40,185 bases of DNA from Cellulomonas sp. GTDB taxonomy: Bacteria; Actinomycetota; Actinomycetes; Actinomycetales; Cellulomonadaceae. The stretch lies in NCBI RefSeq assembly GCF_012927595.1, contig NZ_JABBOW010000178.1; one strand, given 5' to 3'. This document shows, one piece after another, positions 10,814 through 22,362 of this stretch. Both the position numbers and the translations under genes were made by a program. Below the pieces are notes generated by a model. That model worked only from the letters and a program-made list of their open reading frames with translations, was not told the origin of the DNA and made no database searches. Position 1 is the stretch's first letter; every line of letters begins with the position of its first letter.

Positions 10814-11245
10814 CATGATCCCGACCCGCTCCTCGCTCCGATGGCCTCGAACCTCACCAAGCGTAGGCCTGCGGCCAGGCGCGTCGCGGAGGTGGGCCAC
10901 GGCGCCGAGGTCGGTCACGGCGGACACGTCGCAGGTCGGGGGCCGTCATGTCGATCGTGAACGTTCCGCTGGTCCCGTTGACGGTGCAGCTGTGCGAACC
11001 TTTGGCGAGCGGCTCAACGACGTGCGTCCACGCCCCCGCGCGGTCTGAGCTCGTGCCATACAAAATGTCGTCGACCGAGATCCGCACCGGCGAGTTGGCA
11101 GCCGCAGGGTAGCCGGGGAAGGCCGGTATGTCGTCGCTGGAGAGAGCCGCGGCGGGTGCTGTCCAAGGAGTCCACGCGACTCGGCCGGGGGCGCCGCACC
11201 TTGGCTGAGCGCGAGGTGAACGAGCGGCCACCCCACAGAGGAGAC

Positions 11246-13639
<2,394 letters not shown>

Positions 13640-13777
13640 CCGAGGCGCGCGTCGCCAGGTCAGCCGGCCCAGCCGCGGCTGGGGTGAGATCCTCGCAGAT
13701 GGTTGGTCCGCCCGGATCTGACCGCGGGCGACCTCGAACCGACGCACGATTGTCACGGCCAGACTCGGAGGAATCAC

Positions 13778-14194
13778 ATGCCCCCTACACCGTCCGACGT
13801 AGCCCGCGCGATTGCGCAGGTGGCACTCGGTGCCGCCCTGCTCGGAGCCGGCACCGCGCACCTGACCACCGGGCGCCGCGAGTTCCAAGCGCAGGTGCCC
13901 TCGTGGATCCCCCTAGACGCCGACACGGTGGTGATCGGATCAGGGGTGGTCGAGCTCGGCCTCGGGGCGGCCCTACTGGGCGTCTGGAGACACCCGGCGC
14001 GCCACCACCTGGGACTGCTGGTCGCTGCCTTCTTCGTCGCGGTCTTTCCTGGCAACATCGCCCAGCTCATCGAGCACCGCGACGCGTTCGGGCTCGACAC
14101 CGACCGCAAGCGCGCGCTCCGGCTCCTGGGCCAGCCTGCGATCGTGGCGTGGGCGCTCGCGGCCACCCGGCCAACCGCTGGCCACGCGCGCTGA
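13778..14194 (+). CDS. DoxX-like small integral membrane protein
   Basis: 138 aa with 3-4 TM segments, a VFPGNIAQ motif and SD ggagga 7 nt upstream of the ATG. Confidence 0.55.
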   Translation: MPPTPSDVARAIAQVALGAALLGAGTAHLTTGRREFQAQVPSWIPLDADTVVIGSGVVELGLGAALLGVWRHPARHHLGLLVAAFFVAVFPGNIAQLIEHRDAFGLDTDRKRALRLLGQPAIVAWALAATRPTAGHAR

Positions 14195-14372
14195 CCGTCC
14201 AGCCGGTCACGAACCGCGCGCCCGGCGGCGACCGCTCAGCCGATCGGCACCGATCCAACCTCCCCGGACGCTGCCGGGCGCAGCGCGATGCGGGGATCCA
14301 CGACGCCACGATCGGCGCGCGGGGCCGTGTGTGGGCGGCTCCGAGAGGGGAGCCGGTCGATAGGGTCGATGC

Positions 14373-15980
14373 ATGCGCGCATCGGGGCGGGACATGCAGG
14401 ACGTCGTCCTCGTTGAAGAATCGGACGCGCCCCTGGGTGCCGCCGGCGAGCTGCCCGATTCCGAGGCGCCGTCGTCCTGCGGACCCTCCGGCCCCTCGCG
14501 CGCCCGGGCAGGCCTGACCTGGTTGTTGCGCACCCGCGCGACGTGGTCGCTCGTCGCCGCGGGGCTAGCGATCGTCGTGGCCACGAGCGGCGCAGTCACC
14601 GCCCAGCATGAGCGTGCGCGGATGGCGGCTCTCGCCGGCTTGCCTGGGATCCTGCGGCCGCTCGACGGTCCGGTGACCGAGCTGTGGCGCACGGGTTCGG
14701 GCACGGGCACGGTGTACCTCAGTGGGCTGACTGGTCTGGGCGCCAGGGTGCTGCTGACCGAGAACGCCGTGAATGGGAAGACGGACATCGTGGCGCTCGA
14801 TGCCCGTACGGGCGAGGATGCCTGGCGGGTACAGGCCCGGCCGGCCCACGTGCCAGCGGCCGACGGCACGAATTCCTACGCGGGCGGGGCAAACTGTGCT
14901 TTCCCTCGGTCGGAGGATGCCCAGCAGGCCCCGGTCGTGGCGTGCGTCGTGACCGACGAGACCACCTCCGTCCCGGTCGACGGTGCCGGGCAGATGCTGG
15001 TCGGGACGCGGGCTCACCTGCTCGTGATCGACGCGACCACGGGTGCTGTGCTGTCCCAGTCCCCGACCGACCCGAGCACCTCCGTGGCGCTGCTCGGACC
15101 GGACCTCATCACGGGCCAGTTCGCCGCCGACGGTCGGGTCCGGGTGACTCGTTCCGGGGCGCGCGACGGGACTCTCGGCTGGACGTTCACCAGCCCCGAC
15201 CCGGTGTCCACCGACGCCTCCGGGCAGCGCAACCTGTGGGTGTGGGCGAGTGAGGGCTTGATCGCCGTGCGCGCCTACGGCGGGCTGGGCACGGACGGCC
15301 GGCCCCTCGCGGGGGCGAGCTGGCTGCTTTCGCACGACGGCGACGTGGTGCGAAAGCAGGTCGCGGGGCCCGGGGACGACTACAACAGCCTCGGGGCGCT
15401 GCGGGAGGGCTCGATGTTTGTCGAGGCGACCACGACGGCGACGGGCGCGCGCGCCTCGGTCCTGACGGATGCCGGCTCCGGCAGGGCTCTCACGGTCGAG
15501 GCCACCCCCACGGGCGCCCGCCCGGATGACGGCTCGCTTGGCGGCACGATGCTGCTTATGCAGTCCATGACGGACGGCGCTCTGCTCGCGTACGACCTCG
15601 CGACTGGGCAGCCACGCTGGACCGGCGCCGCGTCCGGGGACGGAGGCGGCCCTCCGATGGTTCTGGACGGGAGGGTGGTCCGCTCCCGGTCCGATGGCTC
15701 CTCGGCATTCGACATCACCTCGATCGACGGCAACACCGGCAAAACCATCTGGTCGACGTCCGTGACGTCGAACCAGGCCGGCGCGCTCCTCACGGACGGC
15801 CGGCTCGTATTGGTCTCGCGGACCAAGTCCACCACTGGCGCAGGGGCAGTCATCGCTGCCTACGACCTGGCCGACGGCCGCCAGCGCTGGGAGGTCCCGA
15901 TCGGCGAGGAGCAGTGGCTCGTCGAGATCGACGGCCGGGTGTTCGGCCTGTCCGGCCCGGGCCTCGTCGCGTACGGCTGA
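14373..15980 (+). CDS. PQQ-like beta-propeller repeat protein (BamB-like) with an N-terminal TM anchor
   Basis: Repeated ...DG.L..LDA.TG...W... propeller blades, with an N-terminal hydrophobic segment WSLVAAGLAIVVATSGAV. Confidence 0.8.
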   Translation: MRASGRDMQDVVLVEESDAPLGAAGELPDSEAPSSCGPSGPSRARAGLTWLLRTRATWSLVAAGLAIVVATSGAVTAQHERARMAALAGLPGILRPLDGPVTELWRTGSGTGTVYLSGLTGLGARVLLTENAVNGKTDIVALDARTGEDAWRVQARPAHVPAADGTNSYAGGANCAFPRSEDAQQAPVVACVVTDETTSVPVDGAGQMLVGTRAHLLVIDATTGAVLSQSPTDPSTSVALLGPDLITGQFAADGRVRVTRSGARDGTLGWTFTSPDPVSTDASGQRNLWVWASEGLIAVRAYGGLGTDGRPLAGASWLLSHDGDVVRKQVAGPGDDYNSLGALREGSMFVEATTTATGARASVLTDAGSGRALTVEATPTGARPDDGSLGGTMLLMQSMTDGALLAYDLATGQPRWTGAASGDGGGPPMVLDGRVVRSRSDGSSAFDITSIDGNTGKTIWSTSVTSNQAGALLTDGRLVLVSRTKSTTGAGAVIAAYDLADGRQRWEVPIGEEQWLVEIDGRVFGLSGPGLVAYG

Positions 15981-16088
15981 GCGGACCAGCAAGGTGCCGC
16001 AGGTGATGCCATCGCATCGTTGGCGTGGATGCCTCCCCCACCACAGATCGGACGCGAACTTCGCGCCTGGCTGGGTCGAGTGCCGCGG

Positions 16089-17036
16089 TCACCAGTCCAG
16101 GGGGCGAGCTTCGAGCCTGTCTGCAGAGAACCTGCGGATCGCCGCGACGGTCTCCGCCGGCAGCGGCTGCGCCGCGGCCGCTATCGAGTCGTGCAAGAGC
16201 TCGACGGTCCGGGCTCCGGGGATCACGGTGGAGACACCGTCGTGCGCGAGAAGGAAGCGCAGCGCACCCTGCGGCACCGAGACGCCCTCGGGGAGCAGCG
16301 AGCGGAACTGGTCGACGAGGCTGGCCCGCAGCGCGACGTCCTGACGAGACCAGCGCGAGCGGACCCCGCCGAACACCGTCTCGGCCGTGTACCGGCCCGA
16401 GAGCCAGCCGGACTCCAGTGGGACTTTGGCGATCGTCCCGACGCCCCGATCACGTGCACGCTCGACACCGGGCCACGTCTCCTGGAACAGGGCGGACATC
16501 CGCACCTCCAGGGCCTGACTCGCACTGGTCCGCAGCACGGTGTCGACGTCCGCGCTCCAGTCCACCGAGGCTCCGTAAGCCCTGATGACCCCGCGCTGTT
16601 TGAGCCGCTCGAGCACGGCGTAGTGCTCGCTGTGGGTCCCGTCGAGGACCTCGGGCGGCGGACTGTGCAGCACGACGATGTCCAGGTGGTCGGTGCCCAT
16701 GCGCCGGGCACTGGCCAGGACCGACGCCTCGATGCTGCTCGGGGCCCAGTCGGTGGTGCCGTCGGCGCGGTGCCCGAACTTCGTGCAGAGCACGACGCCG
16801 TCGCGGCGTCCGCCCACCAGGGCTGCACCGAGGGTCGTCTCGCTTCGGCCCTCGCCATAGCCCGGGGCGGTGTCGATGAACGTCACGCCAGCGGCAAGCG
16901 CCGCGTGGACCAGGCGGACGGCCTCGTCCTCGTCCGGGCCGTCCGGCCAGTGCGAGGACCGGCCGAGCTGCCAGGCTCCGAGTCCGATCTCGCTGACCTC
17001 GATACCGGTCGTGCCGAAGGCTCGGACTTTCATCAT
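16089..17036 (-). CDS. Aldo/keto reductase
   Basis: MMKVRAFGTTGIEVSEIGLGAWQLG...GVTFIDTAPGYG...LDIVVLHSP; SD gagagga before the ATG at 17036. The ORF-track N-extension is rejected. Confidence 0.9.
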   Translation of the reverse strand: MMKVRAFGTTGIEVSEIGLGAWQLGRSSHWPDGPDEDEAVRLVHAALAAGVTFIDTAPGYGEGRSETTLGAALVGGRRDGVVLCTKFGHRADGTTDWAPSSIEASVLASARRMGTDHLDIVVLHSPPPEVLDGTHSEHYAVLERLKQRGVIRAYGASVDWSADVDTVLRTSASQALEVRMSALFQETWPGVERARDRGVGTIAKVPLESGWLSGRYTAETVFGGVRSRWSRQDVALRASLVDQFRSLLPEGVSVPQGALRFLLAHDGVSTVIPGARTVELLHDSIAAAAQPLPAETVAAIRRFSADRLEARPLDW

Positions 17037-17333
17037 GATTCCTCTCGCGGGCACGCCCGCGCTGTGACGCTGGGACCGTGAGCTCATTCTGGCACGGTGC
17101 CCAGCAGCGTCGAGATGCCCCGTGACCTGGCGTTCCATCGGCCCGACCCGCTGATACACGGCACGGCACGGCAGGCTATGCCGGCAACCGGCGGAGAGGA
17201 ACCCTCAGGCGGCCGGGGCCACGCCGCCTGACCAGCTAACAGATTCCGCCCCGACCGCCCCGCTGAGCCCTCCCCGTTCGCGTCAACGCCCACCTCACGG
17301 AAGTGCCCGTCGTCGTGAGCTCCGTTCGCGTGA

Positions 17334-17654
17334 TCAGCCCAGACCCAGGATGCCGACGATGAGCGCGGCCGCGGACGCGGCGACGATGAGCGCGACGATG
17401 ACGATGGTGCGTCGACTGCGGCCGGCCGTCCACACGCAGACGGCCGCGGGTACGAGGATCCCGCCGGCGACGCCGGCGAGCAGCGGCGCGACGACCCTCG
17501 GCCGGATCCCGCTGTCCCGGGGGCTCCCGAACCCGACCGCCTCCAGATAGAGCGATAGGAGGCAGCCGCCGACAACGATCACTCCGACTGCGACGGTCAC
17601 GATGCAGGCGACAACCCGCACGGGTCTCGATCCTGGCCCCGCCACGTCAGTCAC
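17334..17654 (-). CDS. Small 3-TM membrane protein, translationally coupled (GTGA overlap) to the upstream secreted hydrolase
   Basis: 106 aa, hydrophobic. Its GTG start overlaps the TGA stop of the 17651..20164 gene. Confidence 0.45.
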   Translation of the reverse strand: MTDVAGPGSRPVRVVACIVTVAVGVIVVGGCLLSLYLEAVGFGSPRDSGIRPRVVAPLLAGVAGGILVPAAVCVWTAGRSRRTIVIVALIVAASAAALIVGILGLG

Positions 17655-20164
17655 CGCGCCCGGATCCGGTCGCAGGAAGATGCGGCGCGGCCGTTTGAAA
17701 GCGTCATCGATAGGCAGAGCTGCGTCGACTGGAGGGTCAGCCCAAGCCCTGTCGTCACCACATGCACCACCTGGTCGAGTCGCCCGTCGCCGTCGACGTC
17801 CTCCTTCACCGCCGTCGTCTCCATGACCGGGGCGGCCCCCTGTCCCACCCGGATGGTCTTCGGCCCGACAGTCGTCGCGTCGAAGGTCGGCGTGGAGAGG
17901 AGCGCGATTGGCGTAACACCCTTCGAAGTCAATTTGATCGGGTTGACCGAGCTACCCGGCATCACGTCCGCTGACACCCAAGCGAGGTCCGCAAAATCGG
18001 TCGCTCCCCGATCGTCCGTCACCACGAGGGTGAAGGTCCGCTCGCTCGCCGAGGTCAACGGGACGGTGATCGAAACGCCCTGCTTCACGTCGTCCCCAGT
18101 GGGTGTCGTGACGTACCAGTCGTAGGAAGTGATCTTGCCGTCCGGGTCTGCGGAGGTCGATCCGTCGAGGACGAGCGAGTCACCCACCACCCGGGCGGTG
18201 ATCTGGCCCACCGGCCGCTGGTTCTCCGGGTCCGCCTGGTAGACGGACAACCTCGTCTCCAACCCCCCGGGCGCGACGTCAACGCTGAACAGCTCGGCCG
18301 TCCACGTCCCGGGCGCCGGCGTCATGATCTCGACGTGCTCGGTGGTGGCTCCGGTCACCCGGCTGACGTCGGGCGCTTGGGTGTTCCGGCCGATCTGTCG
18401 GCCGCTCGGGCTGACCAGGGTGAGCGACACATCGCTGCCCGGCCAGCCAGTGACCAGGCTGATGAACTGCTTGCCGGAACCGACGACGAAGCTGTAGGTC
18501 ACCTTCTGCTGCGGAAGTACGGTGAACTTTTGGAACCCGCCGACATCGAGAGTGGCGAGCACGGCGTCAGCGATCGCCTGCTGGCCCTCCGGCGTGGGGT
18601 GGATCCGGCCGGAGGAGAGCAAAGGGCAGATCCATTCTGTCCCGCCGCTGCAGAGTTCATGGCCGTCGAATCGCGGGTTGGGGTTGGCGAACAGGAAGCC
18701 ATTGCGGCCAGCGTTCCGCTCGATGATCCCGTTCAACTCGTCGATCTTCTCTACCATCCACCGCTGGTCCACCTTTTTGATGCCCTCGCAGCGCCCGCCC
18801 GGAAGGAATGTCCGGTCGCTGCCCGAGGCGGTGTAGAAGCGCGGGTATCCGACGGCAACCCGGGTCGCCATAGACGCCTTGCTGACCACGTCCGAGAAGA
18901 GCTTCCCGTAGGGCGTGATCTCCGTCGGGGTGGAGGTCTTGCCGTTCAGCCGCTCGAACGCCTCGCGAATCGGCGTCGTGGCCTTGTCGTCCTTGTAGCA
19001 GCTGTTGAAAGGCAACAGCTCCCACCCGTCGATGCAGTCCCGCAGGACCTCGGCAAACTTCGCGTCGTTGCCGCCGATGCTCATCGTCACCAGTCCGGTG
19101 TCCGGCTTCAGGTTGTCCAGCTGCGCTACCTCGCCCCAGGTGCTGTTTCGCGGGCTGTAGAAGTCCTTCGTCACGGCACCCTGGCAGGCGTGGAAGTCGA
19201 GGGTCAGTCCCTTCGCATCGGCGACCCGCGGCCCGTACGCACGGGTTGAGCGCTGGCAGTCGTTGTCACCGGCGTCCGTGTGCGTCCCGGGGAAGTACGG
19301 TGCCACGCCGAACCCAGAGGAGTAGCTGTCGCCAAGGGCGACGTACTTGCTCTTGTTGATCACTGTCGCGCCGGGGTGGCAGTCAGTCGCGACGTTGCCG
19401 ACGGTGCCGAGGCGCAGGATGTCGATGATGACGGCCGAGTCGAGTACGTGGTCGCCCTGGTCGAAGATGGAGAGGTACAGGCTGTGCGCACCGGGGCTGA
19501 CCGGGGTGGCCGCCGTGAGCATCGGGGTCGCGCCGTCGAACGTGATGCCTGCCGCCTCGGCCGCGGTCATCGACGTCGTTCCTGCCGCGTTGATCGTGAT
19601 GGGGTTGCCAGTCGGGTCAAAGGCGAAGTTGTTCGGCGCGCTGCTCGTCGAGCCCGACGTCGTCCACGTGCTCTTGTCGAGTTCGGCGACGAAGGCGTCG
19701 TTGTACTGCGACCCGACGTACTCCGGGAACTCCTCGGAGAGGAACCGGAAGTCAATGCCTGCCAGGCAGTTCACGGTGGCGGGGACCTGGAGGTCGACGC
19801 GCAAGATCGTGACGTCGTAGTCGGAGTTCCCCCGGACCGAGGAACCTCCAAGGTCGCTCCCGCTGCTCCCAGAGGTGTTGGGTGTGGTGATCAGCGAAGT
19901 GTCGCCCGTCGAGAGCAGAACCGCCTCCGGCCCGCTGGTCGGCATCCCCGCGACACCGCCCGACACCAGGGCTGCCGACGAGGCACCCGCCTTGGTCACG
20001 AAGGACGCACCGGAAACCCACGAGACGTCCGAGGCCAGCGCCCGACCCAGCGCGACTGCGTCGCCGGTTGGGGTGACGGTCGGCTGGGCGTTCGCCGACG
20101 TGGCGCTCAGCCCGGTGACGGTCAGGCTGGCGGCAGCGGCACCCGCCAACACTTTCCACAGCAC
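17651..20164 (-). CDS. Secreted multidomain SGNH/GDSL hydrolase with PKD and Ca-binding/FG-GAP-like C-terminal domains
   Basis: Signal peptide MLWKVLAGAAAASLTVTGLSATSANAQ; an N-terminal choice-of-anchor-like domain (DFRFLSEEFPEYVGSQYNDAFVA); a GDSL block YVALGDSYSSGFGV; MSIGGND, DGHELC (DxxH); a PKD-like segment DGSTSADPDGKITSYDWYV; and DVDGDGRLDQVV. GTG start. Confidence 0.85.
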   Translation of the reverse strand: MLWKVLAGAAAASLTVTGLSATSANAQPTVTPTGDAVALGRALASDVSWVSGASFVTKAGASSAALVSGGVAGMPTSGPEAVLLSTGDTSLITTPNTSGSSGSDLGGSSVRGNSDYDVTILRVDLQVPATVNCLAGIDFRFLSEEFPEYVGSQYNDAFVAELDKSTWTTSGSTSSAPNNFAFDPTGNPITINAAGTTSMTAAEAAGITFDGATPMLTAATPVSPGAHSLYLSIFDQGDHVLDSAVIIDILRLGTVGNVATDCHPGATVINKSKYVALGDSYSSGFGVAPYFPGTHTDAGDNDCQRSTRAYGPRVADAKGLTLDFHACQGAVTKDFYSPRNSTWGEVAQLDNLKPDTGLVTMSIGGNDAKFAEVLRDCIDGWELLPFNSCYKDDKATTPIREAFERLNGKTSTPTEITPYGKLFSDVVSKASMATRVAVGYPRFYTASGSDRTFLPGGRCEGIKKVDQRWMVEKIDELNGIIERNAGRNGFLFANPNPRFDGHELCSGGTEWICPLLSSGRIHPTPEGQQAIADAVLATLDVGGFQKFTVLPQQKVTYSFVVGSGKQFISLVTGWPGSDVSLTLVSPSGRQIGRNTQAPDVSRVTGATTEHVEIMTPAPGTWTAELFSVDVAPGGLETRLSVYQADPENQRPVGQITARVVGDSLVLDGSTSADPDGKITSYDWYVTTPTGDDVKQGVSITVPLTSASERTFTLVVTDDRGATDFADLAWVSADVMPGSSVNPIKLTSKGVTPIALLSTPTFDATTVGPKTIRVGQGAAPVMETTAVKEDVDGDGRLDQVVHVVTTGLGLTLQSTQLCLSMTLSNGRAASSCDRIRAR

Positions 20165-20559
20165 ATGGCCAATGAGAATATATCTCTCCCCCAGTCCGGA
20201 CCAGTCGCTGCAGCATAGTGGGACTGCTGTAGGTGGGGTGGCAGTTTTGGTGACGAATTCTCAGACCGCGTGGGCGCTGGTGTTGGAGATCCGAGCGTCC
20301 GCTCGTCGGCAGATCCGGATGTCCGCAGCACCCCATCGACGGCAAATTGGCCCGTCAACCGTTGCTCTGACCGAGGACGCGCATCGAATGTTCGTCCACC
20401 ACATGGGGCCGCCTAACCGCTGCCGCGCCTGCGACTGGATGGCAGCAGTCGGCGCAGGACCGGGTCCGACCGAATCACAACGACAGCCGACCCGTGCATC
20501 TCAACCAGCTCGGGGCAAGCCACTGCCGAGATCGCACTCGGGTGTGTCTGACGGACTAT

Positions 20560-20880
20560 TTCAGCCAGATCGGGATGCTGGTCAGGATGATGCCGGCGCG
20601 GTAGTCGCGGGCGGTCTTGTCGTACCGGGTGGCAATGGCGTGCCAGGTCCGTTGATGGTGGAACACGGGCCGGGCGCGCACGTCGCACTCGGTCATCCGG
20701 AACGACTGCTCGACCCGCCACAGGTCGTCGTAGGCCGCGATGACAGGCTTTCGGCCGTCGCCGTCGGACGTTCACCCAGTCTCGTCGAGACGTCGTCGGG
20801 GATCGGCCTGGGCTGGCGTTCGTCGCCGAACAGACCGGGGGTCGGGCGTGGACTTCAGTCTCTTGGCTCATCCGTCGACG
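20560..20880 (-). pseudogene. IS4/IS5-superfamily (DDE_Tnp_1) transposase C-terminal remnant, split over three frames
   Basis: ...AYDDLWRVEQSFRMTE...RPVFHHQRTWHAIATRYDKTARDYRAGIILTSIPIWLK* contains the Y-R-E region and the IS5-type ATRYDK tail. The upstream pieces are in other frames. Confidence 0.6.
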
Positions 20881-21119
20881 TGCCCGTCGCTCGGTCGGTA
20901 GACGCGCTCAGCGTGCTGCCACCCCTGCGGGCGCCACGCGGGGGCGGCGTGGGTCTCCCTCGGCGCGAGGAAGTCCGTCACGAACTCTCCGACGTTCGCG
21001 TAGAACAGCTCCGCGGGCTCGGGCGCGACAACGCTGGCCGCGTCAGCGCCAGCGGCCGTGTCCTGTGCCGGCTGGTCGACGTCGTGCTCGTCGGTGTCCC
21101 ACTCCCCCAGCTCGCTCAT
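20868..21119 (-). pseudogene. DUF4913-like (actinobacterial conjugative-element protein) N-terminal fragment
   Basis: ELFYANVGEFVTDFLAP...GWQHAE resembles the PLYYANAEEFLREYL...WWEHAE block of DUF4913 proteins found next to T4CP genes. It is truncated and frameshifted after about 80 aa. Confidence 0.45.
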
Positions 21120-21640
21120 GGTGTGGCCGCCTCTCGCAGGTTCAGGGCGCGCTCGCGGTCGAGGTCGAGGTCGAGGTCGAGGTCGAGGATCGTCTGTTCG
21201 CCGGCGGGGTCATGCCGTCGGATCGAGGCCTTGATCGCCTCAAGGAACGCCTCCACGCCCTGGGACCAGGACTGCAGGATCGTCAGCCCGCAGATCCCGC
21301 GCGAGCCGTAATGGGAGTGCAGGTTGGGCAGCTCGCTCCAGCGGCACACGTTCGCGGCCTCGTCGAGGACGACGACCAGCGGCATGCGCAGGTCTTGGCG
21401 AGGTCCTCGGCGGCCTTGGTGACGGCAACGTTAAGGCCCGTCAGGCGTGGCCCGGCGGAGCCGCGTCCCTCATTCGACGGGGCGTACAGGGTGCCGCGGC
21501 CGCGCACGAAGTCGCCCGGCTCACTCAGGACGACAACCGGTACCTGACCCGCCAGGTCGCGGCCGGGGACGCACCCCTGGCCGCGAGGGACTCGTTGACC
21601 GCGTACTACGCCGCGACCGGGAACCGGCGCCACAACCACT
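21116..21640 (-). pseudogene. Type IV coupling protein (VirD4/TraG-like T4CP) fragments, with internal deletions and frameshifts
   Basis: MPLVVVLDEAANVCRWSELPNLHSHYGSRGICGLTILQSWSQG is the conserved Walker-B and downstream block of actinobacterial T4CPs. Upstream pieces in another frame (VVVLSEPGDF...AAEDLAKTCA) also look T4CP-derived. The N-terminal ~400 aa are absent. Confidence 0.65.
21158..21187. repeat. (GTCGAG)5 hexanucleotide tandem repeat
   Basis: Five perfect head-to-tail copies. It encodes (LD)5 in the T4CP-fragment frame and (VE)n on the opposite strand. Confidence 0.9.
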
Positions 21641-21643
21641 CCG

Positions 21644-21690
21644 TGCGCCTGGGCAGATTCGAACCGCCGACACCCGATTTAGGAGTTCGG
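21644..21690 (-). other. 3' half of tRNA-Arg(CCT): anticodon arm, variable loop, T-arm, acceptor 3' strand and discriminator. The 5' half is not tRNA-like, so this is a probable att junction of the decayed integrative element.
   Basis: Minus-strand read: CCGAA-CTCCTAA-ATCGG GTGTC GGCGG-TTCGAAT-CTGCC CAGGCGC-A. It has a canonical T-loop, U33, anticodon CCT and purine 37. The upstream 30 nt cannot form an acceptor or D-arm. Confidence 0.55.
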
Positions 21691-22068
21691 CTTTGAGCGC
21701 CTGGAAACCCGCTGACCTGCAGCGATACTCGCGAAGGGTGCCGTGGATGATGCGGTTTCGCTGGTTCCACTGACCAAACACTGACCACGTCCTACGGCGC
21801 CGCCGCAACCGCAGACGGTCAGCATGTCTGGCCCGGGCGGACCCCCAAGCAGGCGGGCATCGAACCAGATGGGACGCTTCTCGGCACTTTGCCTCCGGCC
21901 GCTGACCTTCGGGGAGGTCATCGGCGGTCCCGGACACGGACGGGTTGACCACCCTTCAACGGCGTGGACACCCGGCACGGTCGCGTGGTCCGTCCGGACC
22001 AGGGGCGGCGAGAAGCGGATGGCGTGCTACTTGCCCACACTGGCAGTACGGCCGGCGGGCAGCCACTC

Positions 22069-22359
22069 TCACACGTCGGCAGGCGGTCTCGCGATCTCCG
22101 CGACGTTCTCGACACTGACCTCAACCACGGCCTGGAACCCGGGTCGATCGACCGACGAGCCGGGGAACAACGCGCGGCGGTTCCAGCGGTCCCCAAGCTC
22201 GCCAATCCACCGCGAGATCGTCGTCACAGTGATTACCTCGGCTGGCACGGACGTGGACATCAGCGCCGGCACCGGGACGACGCAGACGCTTCTTGCGCGC
22301 GATCGAGCGAATACCCACCATCCCGACGAGGTCGAGGCGCCCTCATAGCTCGACGTCAA
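22069..22359 (-). pseudogene. DDE (rve-type) transposase C-terminal fragment, IS3/IS481-like
   Basis: ...ISRWIGELGDRWNRRALFPGSSVDRPGFQAVVEVSVENVAE resembles the ...ELGI.HKRTRPYRPQ.NGKVERF.RTL block. The similarity is weak. Confidence 0.35.
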
Positions 22360-22362
22360 CCC

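Noticed and set aside
13668-13684. Palindrome CCAGCCGCGGCTGG after the UvrA-like stop as a terminator
   Set aside because: The hairpin is short, its loop is tiny, and there is no downstream U-tract. This is weak evidence.
14565-17169. Long ORFs 14565..15992(-), 16020..17081(+), 16450..17169(-)
   Set aside because: Antisense or out-of-frame relative to the PQQ-propeller and aldo/keto reductase genes.
18335-21311. ORFs 18335..19249(+), 19280..20218(+), 19875..21311(+)
   Set aside because: Antisense to the secreted SGNH hydrolase and the mobile-element remnants, with low-complexity translations.
21644-21720. Possible intact tRNA-Arg
   Set aside because: Only the 3' ~47 nt fold as tRNA. The putative 5' acceptor strand or D-arm (21691-21720) cannot pair, so I kept it as a partial tRNA or att remnant.
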